Part shown: positions 1 to 11,689 of the stretch, piece by piece
Position numbering within the stretch: position 1 is the stretch's first letter
How the letters are laid out: the number at the start of each line of letters is the position of its first letter
DNA from: Piedraia hortae CBS 480.64
Taxonomy: Eukaryota
Reading direction: 5' to 3'
NCBI GenBank assembly: GCA_010093745.1
Contig: MU005984.1
Coordinates: forward strand, 124,001-188,000
Length of the DNA: 64,000 nt
Notes under the pieces: generated by a model
Told to the model about the DNA's origin: nothing
What the model saw: the letters and a program-made list of their open reading frames with translations, nothing else
The model's database searches: none
Position numbers and translations under genes: made by a program

Positions 1-1227
1 CACGGTGCTCACATCGTTTTTCAGTCTGGATGAGTGAACTTGGATGAAATGGCTGAAGCAACTGTCGCTATAGTATCTTAACAAACACATAAGACGGCAG
101 GTATAGTATGTAGTTGTATGCGCTAAAGGAGTAAGAACTTTGCCGTACAATTCCCCGTTGACTGTCCACTAAGGCTTAACGCATCACTGATTCATGCACA
201 CAGCTTTGCATGTAATATATTATGAGAAAAAAAATCCCATGACGGTGTAAAGAAATGGAATATGACGAAAGGCGTCTTCGACTCTTGTTAGAAAATTTAG
301 AGGATAAGGAGATCGTATCATAGCTCTGCGAGGGCCCAGCTTAAGCGGGCCGGCCTAAGTATACTCTACCCAAATCGGCTCTACTTGACTCATTTGTGAG
401 ACGTTCTGCTGCTCTAAATACTCTCTTCGAGAGCAAAAGGAGCAGGGCTCTAAATTGATTGATCCAGCAGCCGAAGGGAGAAAATCGACTGTGGATACCG
501 ACCACCAGTGCAATGTCGTTCAATCACACTCACGACACAAACACCATAGACCTAGAAGAAGGTTAACCATCGCAGAGGCTCATGAATGCCCCTTCAAATA
601 CTTTGTCGTCGCCCATTTCAAGTCAGCAGGGTTCCAGGCCTGGTTGAGAAGTGAAATCGCCATGCTACTTAAAGTTTCGTGTAGTTGGGCATCTACAACA
701 TAGCAAAGTTCCTGGTTGCATCAGTGGCCAATGCGAAAGGCGTCATGCAAAGAGTTGTTTATAGCCTCCCTGCTGCCTATCGGTAGTGTGTCTCATTCAT
801 GTTGTGTATCTGAATACCAGTCTATGTTACACCACGGAATGCCACATAGATGAGGTCCAGCACAGTCGCCCGCCAGTGGCGGCGGTTGGCCCAGCTGAGT
901 CGGTTGATCTGGATGAGGCCACTTTGCCTAGGAGACACCCAAACAGACCCGCATTCGCCTCATACATACACAGCCTAATATTTTTTACTAAACTGAGATT
1001 ATCAAACACGTGGTATCACGGATGGAAGTTGAAGTGTTGCCAGGAAAGATGACTATGTGTTGCCCAACTGAAGGCAGAAGATGCAGCCCAGCCCAAACGC
1101 AGCACTACATGCATCATGGGCGTATCATAAGGTAGACAGCTGCCCCGCCTGCATGCAAAGAGTCACAAGTCCGAGGATGAGGATGTACGACAGAACTACC
1201 CCTCTTCTGTGAGTCAATCTTCGGCTC

Positions 1228-2354
1228 ATGGTCAGAAACCAAAACATGCCCGCCAACTTAGCAGTATATACCAACCCCAGACATGAGCTCTTCGTAGACA
1301 CAGCGGATGACCCACCCAATCTCGAACCAGGAGAGGTACGAATCGCAATCAAAAGCACGGGAATCTGCGGGTAAGCATGCCTTCTCCAACCGGGGAAAGT
1401 TGACCGATGGCTAGCTCTGATGTGCACTTTTGGAAAGATGGCCACATTGGCAAGGACTTGATTGAAGGAAATCATATCCTGGGCCATGAATCCGCCGGCA
1501 TCATAGTTGCTGTACATCCATCAGTAACAACACCCGGGATGGGAGACCGCGTGGCCATTGAGCCAAACATTGTATGTGGAGCATGCGAGCCTTGCCTAAC
1601 AGGCAGATACAATGGCTGCAATAGTGTGATTTTCCCATCATCCCCACCAACTGCTGGATTGCTACAACGATTTGTAAACCACCCAGCTATCATGTGCCAT
1701 AAGATCGGAGACATGAGTTTTGAAGAGGGCGCTATGCTCGAACCGCTTTCTGTGGCTCTGGCAGGTGTCTGGAGAGCCAAAATTTCGCTTGGGGATTGTG
1801 TACTGATCTGCGGAGCAGGACCGATAGGTCTAGTTACTCTAGCTTGTGTCAAGGCAGCCGGCGCGACACCAATCGTCATCACGGATGTGGAGGAACGGCG
1901 TCTCGAATTTGCCAAGACCTTTTGTCCTGGTGTGCGCACGCTTCTCGTCGAACCTTCAGGTGACGCAGAAGCGTTTGCTCAGAAAGTCTCCAACTTAACA
2001 GATGGTCTGTTGCCTTCAGTAGCAATGGAATGCACGGGACTTGAATCATCCATTTGCGGGGCAATTCATGCTGTCAAATTTGGCGGAAGGGTGTTCGTCA
2101 TTGGAGTTGGCCGTGACGAGATAAACTTTCCATTCATGCGGCTGAGCACGCGTGAGATTGACCTGCAGTTTCAGTATCGCTATGCGCATACCTGGCCTCG
2201 TGCCATCAGGCTCATGAAAGATGGGGTTGTTGACTTGAAACAATTGATCACCCACAGATTCCCACTCGATGATGCAGCCGAAGCATTTGATATTGCAAAG
2301 AGTGGAAAGGGAATCAAGGTCATGATTCAGAATTCGCGGGAAGGAGAGGAATAA
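1228..2354 (+). CDS. LAD1: L-arabinitol 4-dehydrogenase (Zn-dependent medium-chain polyol dehydrogenase)
   Basis: ATG 1228, intron 1371-1414 (GTAAGC..CTAG) joins STGICG/SDVHFW; GHE motif, [15 protein letters not shown] structural Zn site, [22 protein letters not shown]-terminal [12 protein letters not shown] resembles LAD more than xylitol dehydrogenase. Confidence 0.85.
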
Positions 2355-2640
2355 GTCGAGACCAAAGTATGATTAGAAAACCGCCACCGAGTTGTTGATT
2401 CGCAGAAACGTTGCCCCCTCTATCCCATTTAAATCAGCACGTCGACACAAGATGGCTTCTGCGGTTCCGTGGGCGCTATCACGTGACTGCTTCACCCATG
2501 TAACTAACAGTGACCAACAAAACAATGGCATAGGATTTTTTTAGTGGAAATTCGGCGTATTACTGAGGTAGGTTGATGAATCGAACAGCTTTATATGAAT
2601 ATTGATTGAGATGATGACCGTCTGAAGCCAACGTTGCTGC

Positions 2641-4488
2641 CTAGATTCCATCGAATACCTGCTTGCCATGTCCATCAACACCATTTCTCCCATTCACACT
2701 CGGTGTGCCGGGTCTTGAGTCGAGAAAACTGGACGCAGCAGACAACAAGGCAAACAGAGAACTCTGAACAACGTCCTCGTGTATGCCAACACCCCAAACT
2801 TTGAATCCGTGTTTCGAACTCGAACATTCTACGAATGCTGCAGCGCGGGTTTCGCTGCCCTTTGCCTCACCTCCGGTGCGGCCCCGTTGCTGTTCAATGG
2901 CATGCTCCTGGTAGTCTTCAATGTCAATGTCTATACCAAGGGCACGTATGGCAGAGACCATGGCTGATAGAGCTCCATTGCCGACGCCAGACACGTGATG
3001 TTCTTTTCCATCTACCTCAATCACGCCGTCAAATCGCCTACGGAGATCTTTGCTGTTGAGGGTTTTGCCATTTTCTGGGGGCATAGGAGATGTAGATCTG
3101 TCAGTTGTAATATTGTAGTCTACCAGGACGAATCGCGCGTTATGTTTGAGGTGGTATGTGTTAACAAATAGATCTTGGACTTCGTTCGGACCAAGTTCGC
3201 GTCCGAGGTTGTCAGTTTCCCGCTGAACAATCCGGGAAAAGGCGACTTGAAGACCGCGTGGAAGATCCAAGTTGAGAGTGCGTTTGATAACCCAAGCCAC
3301 ACCGCCTTTCCCGGATTGGCTGTTGACACGGATGATGGCTTCATACGTCCGACCAATATCCTCTGGGTCCAGAGGTAGGTAGGGCATTACCCACGGGTCT
3401 TCTCTACCATCTCCTCGGCGCTCGCGAAGCTGAAAGCCCTTTTTGATGGCATCTTGGTGCGAGCCGGAGAAGGCACAAACAACAAGGTCGCCGCCATAGG
3501 GCGCGCGTTGATGCACAGGGATCTTGTTGCTCTCTTCAACAACTTTGATGACAGAGTTGAGGTCCGAAAAGTCAATGCCGGGGTGAATTCCTTGGGTGTA
3601 GAGGTTCAGGGCCAGGGTCACGAGGTCAACATTGCCCGTTCTTTCACCGTTGCCAAACAGAGTGCCCTCAACTCGATCTGCACCAGCCATCTGGGCCAGT
3701 TCGGCAGCTGCAACTGCGCATCCTCGATCGTTGTGCGGGTGCAAGCTGATGCATACCTTGGACCGTTCGGAGATGTGCCTGCCAAAGTATTCAATTTGGT
3801 CAGCGTAGACATTGGGCGTACTCATTTCTACAGTGGCGGGCAGGTTGAAGATTATAGGACGATCTTCGGATGGCTCCCAAGCGGCTTTGACTGCTTCGCA
3901 AACACGTAGCACCAGCTTTGGGTCCGAATCCGAAAAAGTTTCCGGACTGAATTCAAACACCCACTCTTCAACACCGGACGACGGGTTGTCTTTGGTGATG
4001 CTACGGGCATACTTCGTACACTCCTCTGCCAAAGCAACGCTTTGATCGTCTGTCATCCCGAAGACAATCTGCTGGAAGCACGGGCTCGTGGCAAGATACA
4101 GGTGTAGGATGGCCTTTTTGGCCCCTTTCAGGCTCTCCACTGACCGAAGGATCAGCTCTGGCCTGCACGGTGACAGAACCTGCAACCAGACATCATCCGG
4201 TACAGCTCCAGGAGTCGTCACCAGCGAACGGGTGAAGTCATAGTCGGTTGCGCCCGACGCTGGATAGGAAATCTCAATTTCTTTGTATCCCAAACGAACG
4301 AGCATGTCGAAATAGCGACGTTTCTGCTCACCGTCCATGGGATCTACGAGGGATTGGTTGCCGTCTCGCAGGTCAGTGGCCAGCCAGCGTGGCACGCGGT
4401 CCAGCGTTTTGGATGGCCACTGCCTGTCTGGCAGGTTCAGAGGCGAGAAACGCCGATATTTCTTGGAGGGGTCTTTTAGCATTACCAT
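2641..4488 (-). CDS. LEU4: 2-isopropylmalate synthase (yeast-type LeuA)
   Basis: MVMLKDPSKKY start; DLRDGNQSL, HPHNDRG, GNGERTGN, GSHQDAIKKG, IRVNSQSGKGG; C-terminal regulatory domain; intronless. Confidence 0.96.
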   Translation of the reverse strand: MVMLKDPSKKYRRFSPLNLPDRQWPSKTLDRVPRWLATDLRDGNQSLVDPMDGEQKRRYFDMLVRLGYKEIEISYPASGATDYDFTRSLVTTPGAVPDDVWLQVLSPCRPELILRSVESLKGAKKAILHLYLATSPCFQQIVFGMTDDQSVALAEECTKYARSITKDNPSSGVEEWVFEFSPETFSDSDPKLVLRVCEAVKAAWEPSEDRPIIFNLPATVEMSTPNVYADQIEYFGRHISERSKVCISLHPHNDRGCAVAAAELAQMAGADRVEGTLFGNGERTGNVDLVTLALNLYTQGIHPGIDFSDLNSVIKVVEESNKIPVHQRAPYGGDLVVCAFSGSHQDAIKKGFQLRERRGDGREDPWVMPYLPLDPEDIGRTYEAIIRVNSQSGKGGVAWVIKRTLNLDLPRGLQVAFSRIVQRETDNLGRELGPNEVQDLFVNTYHLKHNARFVLVDYNITTDRSTSPMPPENGKTLNSKDLRRRFDGVIEVDGKEHHVSGVGNGALSAMVSAIRALGIDIDIEDYQEHAIEQQRGRTGGEAKGSETRAAAFVECSSSKHGFKVWGVGIHEDVVQSSLFALLSAASSFLDSRPGTPSVNGRNGVDGHGKQVFDGI

Positions 4489-4798
4489 TGTACTGTAGGG
4501 GTGGATGAGGAAATGTTTCAAAATTTCATTGTGCAATGCGGGGCCCCACTACAGTGGGTCTATGGAAGGATCCTGGACGTGAATCCACATAACTTACATA
4601 GCACGGTGACCCTTAGGGCATGGCTATCCGTTTATACATCTATAAAGAGGGTTCACTGACCTCTGTAGATCATGCCGAGCCATATTAAGACGAAAATCTC
4701 GTGAAGACACTAGTATGATCCGACTGAAAAAGTTTCCAAGGTTGCATTAGCTTCGCCGAACAGATGGTTCGGTATTACAGGTACTGTTAGATCATAGT

Positions 4799-4805
4799 TG
4801 AGTCA
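4799..4805. promoter_or_regulatory. TGAGTCA Gcn4/CpcA (cross-pathway control) site upstream of LEU4
   Basis: Perfect TGASTCA about 310 bp upstream of the LEU4 ATG; a 7-mer can also occur by chance. Confidence 0.45.
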
Positions 4806-4939
4806 CCATCATCACGACCTGGACGATGGACATCCACCAGACAAACGGAGAGAGCTGTGCTGGTGCTGGTGCTACCCTTTGAATATGTCGACGATATTAC
4901 CATATCCAGATGGATTAAATCTACTATGCCACAGCGAGT

Positions 4940-6066
4940 TTAAAGCTTGGCACCGTCCTGCTTCAGACGCACCAACCCCTGATGTGCGTTAATAAAACCT
5001 ACTTAACAGCAGAGCGCGTAAAACTTACCTCCTGGACACAAGTGGCCACCAACTTCCCCGTTTGGGTATACATTCTCTGATGGACCAAACCCCTTCCATC
5101 GCCAGCCCAAGGGCTATCGCACTCGGCCAGTAACCATTCATCGGCACGAAAATCGGATGGGCTGTGAAAGTAGATTGTATGATCCAGACTGACCATCATC
5201 CCAACTTGAGGGCCAAGCTCGACGTTCTCTTCCTGAACAGGATAACCTTCTTCATCCAATTTTATGGCGCGCAGATGCTGAATGTCTTCGTCGTTCAAGC
5301 GCGCTTGTTCACGAAGTTCTTGGTCAGACATTTTCAACAAACGGGCTACTTGGCCGGAATCCGCCATACGCGGATCAAAGCGACGTAGCCTATGCGCTCG
5401 TGAAACGGTGCCAATAAAATAGGAATCGCTCATGTAGGCCAACGCAGTGGTATGGGCCGCGCGGCCACCCTCATCGCTGATGCGACCGCGAGCCTTGATC
5501 CACTGGCGCATGCGCTTCTCGTGATGATGCGCCGAATCAGGGTTGGCACTGGGGGCCGGGATCGATATGAAAGGCTGGGACAGGCCCGATGGGTCCCGGA
5601 GTTGGGAGATATCGGTGGGAGGCACAACATCAGCAGGCATGGTGGCGGCGTGGAAGAGCGTCTGCTTCCCACCGCTACCCTCACGTTGGAAAGATATGGT
5701 CGTGGTGAAAATGGCCTGACCACGTTGCCTTGCCTGGACGGTCCGCGTTGCATAACTTCGGCCTTCACGCACATGTTCAACATGGTAGATGACGGGGATC
5801 TCGCTGTTGCCGTTCAGGACAAAGTAACAGTGCATGCTATGAACAAGGAAACCTTCAGGGACAGTGCGCTGAGCCGCAGCCAGACACTGTGCGATGGCCG
5901 CACCACCATAGATGCCACGAGCCCCCGGCGGGTGCCATAGCGGGCGCGTGTTTGTGAAGAGATTAGGATCAATGTCCTCCAGACGAGTCAAGGCAAGCGC
6001 TTCTTCGATCGGCGCGCGGTGGTCAGAAGGCGGTGGAGGCCGGATCAGAGTCGTCCGTTTCTCCAT
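4940..6066 (-). CDS. TES1: Peroxisomal acyl-CoA thioesterase II (TesB/ACOT8 family)
   Basis: GIYGGAAIAQ, VHSMHCYF, AYMSDSYFIG, VSLDHTIYFH, GRGLV; intron 4979-5028 then last exon GLVRLKQDGAKL* (PTS1). Confidence 0.92.
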
Positions 6067-6314
6067 GGGGCCAAATAGCGATAGACAACTATCAGGGTGG
6101 GTATCTAGTTATCACTCGCGCCCAGAGCTGCAACGATGTGAACCTTGGGGACCGAGGTACCCATCCCAGTCCCGATTCGGGCGTAAGCATCCGAAGTTCG
6201 GCCGTTAAAGCTGCCACCCAGAGTTTTGCCTGAAGAGCTGCCGACGTTTTGCCGGGATAACTCTCGTCGGAGGATTGGCCGGATGGACCGCAATGACTTC
6301 GTAGTGAACCAACA

Positions 6315-7280
6315 TCACCGCCCGCCCCTCCGTCGCCCTTCTCTGGCCAGATCGGCTCTCCCCAAAAACTCTTCCCTCGCCAGGAAACCTTTCTTGCTCT
6401 TGCCGTATTCGTCCAGCTCCGCCCTGAGGCCTTGCTGATCCACATAGCCCTTCCAGTCCAACGCGCTCTTCTGCACCGTCGTCATCTTCTCCGCCCGTTT
6501 CTTCAGCGCTTCCGCAGCCTGAGCTTCGGCCATGACCACATCCATGCGGTTTGGGGCGCGGGGCCGGAGCTTTGTGGGGGGAACATTCTTGACTGCGCCA
6601 GTCGGATTAGGCTCAAACATGGATGGGCGCTTAAGTGGACGGTGTAGATGGTTCCTGTTGTCTTTCTGACCCGCAGATTCCTCCTCTCGTGCCGCGTGCT
6701 CCCGGGCTAACTGAGAGTCACGCTCCACCCGCTCTTCCACCTCGCTGACCACGCCGGCATATTCAATGCGTCTCTTGATCACCACAAAATCCTCTGGAGT
6801 CGCCACCTCATCCTGAAGCGCTGGTGTTGGCGGCGGCAGGGGGCCCAACGGCGCGCTCTTTAGTTCCTTCCAAAGCTTTTCAACGTCCACCGTAACCTCT
6901 CCCTTTTGGGGCTGCTGCTTCTTGCTGTCTTGAGCTTTATCAAATCTTCGTTGTGCCCTGGTCCGCACGAATCCGCCTTTCCCACCCTCCCCACCACTGT
7001 CGGCTTCTGCATCCTCATCCTCCACTCTTTTGCGACGAGGCGCGCGTTGTTTGATCGTAGCTTCATCACCAGACTCAAGTTCTGCATCAACAGCTGGCTT
7101 TCGTTTTCTTGACCCCGGTTTAGCCAACGTCTCTCCGCCATCCTCTTCGTCGTCCTCGTCCGAAGAGGATGTTCCTTCCGATGCGGCGGCTGTATCCGGC
7201 ACAAAATCCTCATCAGCCTCTTCGTGGTAGTCTGCGTCATCTTCCTCAGCGCCGGTTGGCTCTGGATTATACCGAGCCAT
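6315..7280 (-). CDS. SWC5: SWR1 complex subunit Swc5 (BCNT/CFDP1 domain)
   Basis: Acidic N-terminus with DEDFVP; C-terminal BCNT signature KMTTVQKSALDWKGYVDQQGLRAELDEYGKSKKGFLAREEFLGR. Confidence 0.9.
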   Translation of the reverse strand: MARYNPEPTGAEEDDADYHEEADEDFVPDTAAASEGTSSSDEDDEEDGGETLAKPGSRKRKPAVDAELESGDEATIKQRAPRRKRVEDEDAEADSGGEGGKGGFVRTRAQRRFDKAQDSKKQQPQKGEVTVDVEKLWKELKSAPLGPLPPPTPALQDEVATPEDFVVIKRRIEYAGVVSEVEERVERDSQLAREHAAREEESAGQKDNRNHLHRPLKRPSMFEPNPTGAVKNVPPTKLRPRAPNRMDVVMAEAQAAEALKKRAEKMTTVQKSALDWKGYVDQQGLRAELDEYGKSKKGFLAREEFLGRADLAREGRRRGGR

Positions 7281-7504
7281 GACGGGTGGTTTTTTCGTCT
7301 TCACTGGACACATTGAGGCCGTGCATTGGACGCGATTAGAGCAGACGCACAGGGTTAGGTTTACCTGCTGGGCACAGATGTCGGAAGGAGATCCGACGAC
7401 TGCACATTGACGTCATGCATGACCGATCCAACCAACAAGTAGGGTTGTTCGGGGTGTTTCAGACCGACTAGTGCCCCAATATAGAAGGCGTCAACGGCCT
7501 TTCG

Positions 7505-8522
7505 GCGTGCATAACGTCCGATTCTGGGGACTTTATAAACGGAGCCTACTCAAAATTTAAACGTAACATTTCCCAAAATAGACTTATTGGCTATACCCTG
7601 GAGCGGAAGGTGCCGCCCTGCCTCACCCACTGCGATAAAGAATGCGTCTCAGAACAGCAGATAATTTCTCTTCGCGCCCTTGTAGTACGGGAACGCAGTT
7701 GATAAGCTCTATCCAAACTAATCGGCTACTCTACTGAGCTGATCCAAGAGAGACTGACCTTCGCGGTCCTCTAGTTTTCGTCATGACCCTCTCTCCCTTC
7801 CTACTATCTGTGAAGTGGGTGGTTCTAGGCAGCTGGCTGTCACGGTTGGATCATGGACATGAAGCTCTTTACCCATTCATACTAGGGCTGAATTGTTGCC
7901 GTATAACCATCATCTGGAACACTTGTTCCAGCATCAGTGACAATGCTTGTGCAGTCTCGTTCGCTAACGGCTGCGAAGCTGATAGTTCTGCCTTCTACTC
8001 GTACAGTTATTGCCGTTGTCATTGGTGGCATGGGCGTTTCCATCGATCCTAATGCTGCTAAGGTAGGGACAGAGCATGATGGCCAAGGTAATGGCGCTGG
8101 AGGAACAGTGGCAGTTGCAGGGACGACGACAGCGACAGGGCCGGAGTCGGGGGTAAATCCAGAGACCGTTTAGGAGGCCAAATTCTTCCATCTTTTCGCA
8201 AGTGTTACCTGTATCATGGCACTTCATGGCGCAGAATTCGTGGCGAGTTTTATCGCACTTGTTGGCCCCGTTAGATTGTGGTTCTCAGACATGTTGATTG
8301 ATGAGGGATGTGGTGACACTATTGTAGACCAGATCGCAAGTCTGAGAGAGCTTTGGAAGGGCATACTATCGTAGCACCACATCTCCAATGGCAACGAATC
8401 TTGGAACAGAGGGCAGCACATTCGCTCCGGGAAATAGTCGAGAAATCTATTTTGGGAAATGTTACGTTTAAATTTTAAGAAGACTACGTTTATAAAGTCC
8501 CAATATCTGACTAAGTGCACGC
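7505..8522. repeat. Pair of ~115 bp imperfect inverted repeats (7505-7619 and 8410-8522) enclosing ~790 bp; possible non-autonomous DNA transposon relic
   Basis: Left GGGACTTTATAAACGGAGCCTACTCAAAATTTAAACGTAACATTTCCCAAAATAGAC; reverse complement of right GGGACTTTATAAACGTAGTCTTCTTAAAATTTAAACGTAACATTTCCCAAAATAGAT. Confidence 0.8.
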
Positions 8523-8974
8523 ATATCAGATGTCGGTAGAGGCTTGTGGCTCTCCGACGCCATGTCATCCATCAGAGCCAAAATAGGTGGACGAATACGG
8601 ATTGATTTGGAAGAATAAAGTTCCTAATTTGCTCCCTTTCTGTTGCATTGCCAGCTGCGCCTCATGAGCCAACCGCATCTCTGATGTTGGCCAAGAGATA
8701 CAGACGAAAGACCATGTCAAGGCCAAGAAAACGTTGTGGTCGGGACTGACTCAATTGGGTAACCGCCTTATGATTGACTTCTTCCTCTCGGTACCTGAAG
8801 GGACACCAGCGTCTCGCTTGGCGATCGGCTGCGCTTTTGCCGCTTGACAGGCTTAGAAAAGGCCATTGTCAACGGTGCCGGACCTCGGGGCCGACGCTGG
8901 GCTGTTTTAGACCATGGCTCCAAACTCCAATCTTTAGAATTTCTCCTTGTTATCATTAGACATCTGATCCCACC

Positions 8975-10333
8975 ATGGTGGTAGCTGGAGGAAAACATGA
9001 CTCTTTGAATGCCTCCTGCCCCTCCGATGACGAGGACTCTTCCGGCAAGTCGGTCTCCTCGACCGGGCAAATGGACGACGTGCATCGGCTGAATACGCCT
9101 GATGCTCGTCGGCGGAGTCGTCGCCCTGACCAGTTCGGCCTTCAGCCTGTCGAGAGCAACGGCAGCAGCCCCATACTGGCGGAGCTCAGGACCAACATCA
9201 TCGTCTCAGATGAGTTTTCCATCATTTTGGACCTCACGCAACATCTTGCCCAGCGCTACTCTCGTCAGGTCCGTGATATCGTTGTCAGAGTCGACCACAG
9301 TGTCTGTTTGGCGTTTGGTGGCACTTGGGATCCATGCTATATGCTCACCATCAGCGGTCCAGCCTCTCAAATGGGCCCAATGACAAATCGTCGCAACGCT
9401 GCCTTGACGCAGACATTCACGGGAGACCTACTGACGGTACCTCCTGACCGTGGACTCATCACGTTTCAGCCAATTGACGATCACAAATTTGCTGTCAATG
9501 GAAGCACCATTCAAGCTGAATTGGGGCGGCAAAAAATGGGAAACAAAAGCGAAGCAGTTCGATATGCAATCAAACAGGCCGCGCGTCAAAGTATGCCGTC
9601 GCTGCCTTTGAAGTCTCCTGCACGCGAATATTCGGATACGGCTTGGCTCCCAACTGCACCTCCTGCTGTACCGCAAATGAGCTGTAGACATGCACCAGAT
9701 GCGAAAAGGGGAACTCCCCATACTGTACCACCCTTGCCTCCAAACAGATTGTACGCCGCGGAGAATGGCCTCCGTATGAATGGCCTTTCCAAGCTAGACT
9801 TCCAGGGGAGATCGCTCGCAGCCACGGGCTCAAACAAAGTCGAACCATCTCGCCAATCTCAGATTTACCTCCAGCAGCAACAGTCTCGGCCTACAACAGC
9901 AAAGAGCACAGGCTCAAGGGCCCCGCAGGCAGCACCTCTGCAACGCGGTAGGCCGCTCTCTGGCCCACCAGTCAAGGGAGTCGCCTTGCCTCCGACCCAG
10001 AACATGGCACGATCAGCATTAAAGGGCTCTCGTTCTGAGAATTTGGCAGCTCTCGGGATGGGCAAAAACAATTCTGAACCAAACGTGGGCGCCAGGGTCA
10101 GAGAAAGAGGCGGAGGTCTAGAAGGACAGAAAGAAAAGGATAAGCTTATAGCGCTGGAGAAGGAGAGGCAAAGACTGAGACAGCGAGAAATCGATGAAGA
10201 AAAGGAAAGGAATCTGACGGCCATGCCGGTATTTCCTCTTCCACCTCCTCCCGAGCCAGAAGAGGTCAAGGCCAGAGATGGCAAGAGCAAGAGGAAGAGC
10301 TTCATTCAGGTGATCAAGAAAATCACTGCCTAA
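8975..10333 (+). CDS. Fungal protein with an internal tautomerase/MIF-like domain and a low-complexity C-terminus
   Basis: 452 aa ORF; ELRTNIIV..HLAQRYSR..VRVDHSVCLAFGGTWDPCYMLTI..NRRNAAL..VPPDRGLITF..AVNGSTI follows the MIF-fold pattern. Confidence 0.75.
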   Translation: MVVAGGKHDSLNASCPSDDEDSSGKSVSSTGQMDDVHRLNTPDARRRSRRPDQFGLQPVESNGSSPILAELRTNIIVSDEFSIILDLTQHLAQRYSRQVRDIVVRVDHSVCLAFGGTWDPCYMLTISGPASQMGPMTNRRNAALTQTFTGDLLTVPPDRGLITFQPIDDHKFAVNGSTIQAELGRQKMGNKSEAVRYAIKQAARQSMPSLPLKSPAREYSDTAWLPTAPPAVPQMSCRHAPDAKRGTPHTVPPLPPNRLYAAENGLRMNGLSKLDFQGRSLAATGSNKVEPSRQSQIYLQQQQSRPTTAKSTGSRAPQAAPLQRGRPLSGPPVKGVALPPTQNMARSALKGSRSENLAALGMGKNNSEPNVGARVRERGGGLEGQKEKDKLIALEKERQRLRQREIDEEKERNLTAMPVFPLPPPPEPEEVKARDGKSKRKSFIQVIKKITA

Positions 10334-10713
10334 TCGACAAAGATGCCACAGCTGAAAAGTTTTGTACATGTATTTGATGGGCAAGGATATTCGTCATATG
10401 AATGGTTTTCTGTTCAATTGTGCAGTGGGAAATGCATGTGCAGGTAGCGTAGTAAAGCGTCATCGAATGCCTATAAATCGATCTCACCATGACCTTCTGG
10501 ACGATTCTCACCGCCTTTGCTAACATCATAGACTGTTGCGAGACGAGTCAATTATCTAGAACCAAACCACTACCTGTGGGAGCAAGGAAACGACTTCACT
10601 TCACAAGGTGAGACACGGCGCCAAATTCACAAAGCGAGTTCGGAAATTTATCGAACCGAACTCAAGTGCGTCTCAATTGCATATGTATCGCGAATCAAAA
10701 AGGTCATTATTCA

Positions 10714-11689
10714 TCATGTTTCTTGCCTTCCGCAAACCGGTATGTTTTCTCCTAGCACGTCGCCGACAACGGTTGGACCAAACTCTTGCTTGAACTGGGC
10801 ATAAGCCGGGTGAGTCAACATTACGCGCACCAAATCACGATATTGCTCAACCTGATGCTCAAGAAAAGAAGATCTCTTCTGTAATTGATCAACTTCCTGT
10901 GATTTTGCCTTGACGTCAGACTCCAACTGCGAGATGTATTCTGATGCGAGTTAGTGACCAAAGGTCTCACTCGAGTGTGGAAGATTACTAACCCTTACGA
11001 CGGTAGCGAAAAGCACGCGCAGAAACTTTGTTCCGTAATTGCCGGCGTTGGAGCGAAGTCAACTTCTTTCCCTCTTCTGACTTCAGTAGTCGCTCGTCCT
11101 CGTCCACGGGCTCTTCGTTTTTGACCAAGGCAGTTGGAGGGAGGGGACTGGAAGCGTCGTCATCCGGCGCCTCCGTTTGGGCTTGCAGGGGCTTCTGTGC
11201 AGCCTTTCCCAATGCCGCCAACTGAGCCTGTTGAGAGTGCATGCCGGGCCACAAACGGCCGACGGGGCAATTTTCCAGTGTGGAAACGCTGCGGTTTGTA
11301 GCAATGAAACTAGCGTCATTTTTGTCCACCCAGTCTTGTTTGGGACAAGCCCATCCCGTGTCTAGAGCATTGGAAGTGAAGCTGTTGTTCACTTGCAGGA
11401 CGTGTGACAAGCCGCCCATAGGTACTCCCACTTGCTGGCGATATGCGCAGTAGTCATGGCTTGGGCCTTTGAACTGCAGTTGATCCTCTTCAGGCACGGC
11501 TTGTAACGCATTCCAGGTATCATCTACCACAGACTCTGCGCCCGCAATCCATGATGCCTTGTCATCGGGGCGGGGCGAGTAGTCGTCAAAGGCAAAGAAC
11601 TGACTCAGATCAAACCTGTCTTGCTGCCCTGAAGAATTGGCATATATGCTCTGAGTGACACAAGGTGGATGCTGCACATCAAGAGGCAT
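10714..11689 (-). CDS. bZIP transcription factor (LziP-like)
   Basis: SEEGKKLTSLQRRQLRNKVSARAFRYRRK, intron 10941-10992, then EYISQLESDV..L..L heptads; upstream CPVGRLWPGMHSQQA motif. Confidence 0.85.

Noticed and set aside
1..450. AT/TpA-rich left edge as a RIP-mutated repeat
   Set aside because: No second copy in the window and no element motifs; cannot be supported without genome context.
7783..8568. Short ORFs in and around the inverted-repeat element as a transposase
   Set aside because: All are under 115 aa with no DDE, HTH or zinc-finger motif that I can recognise.
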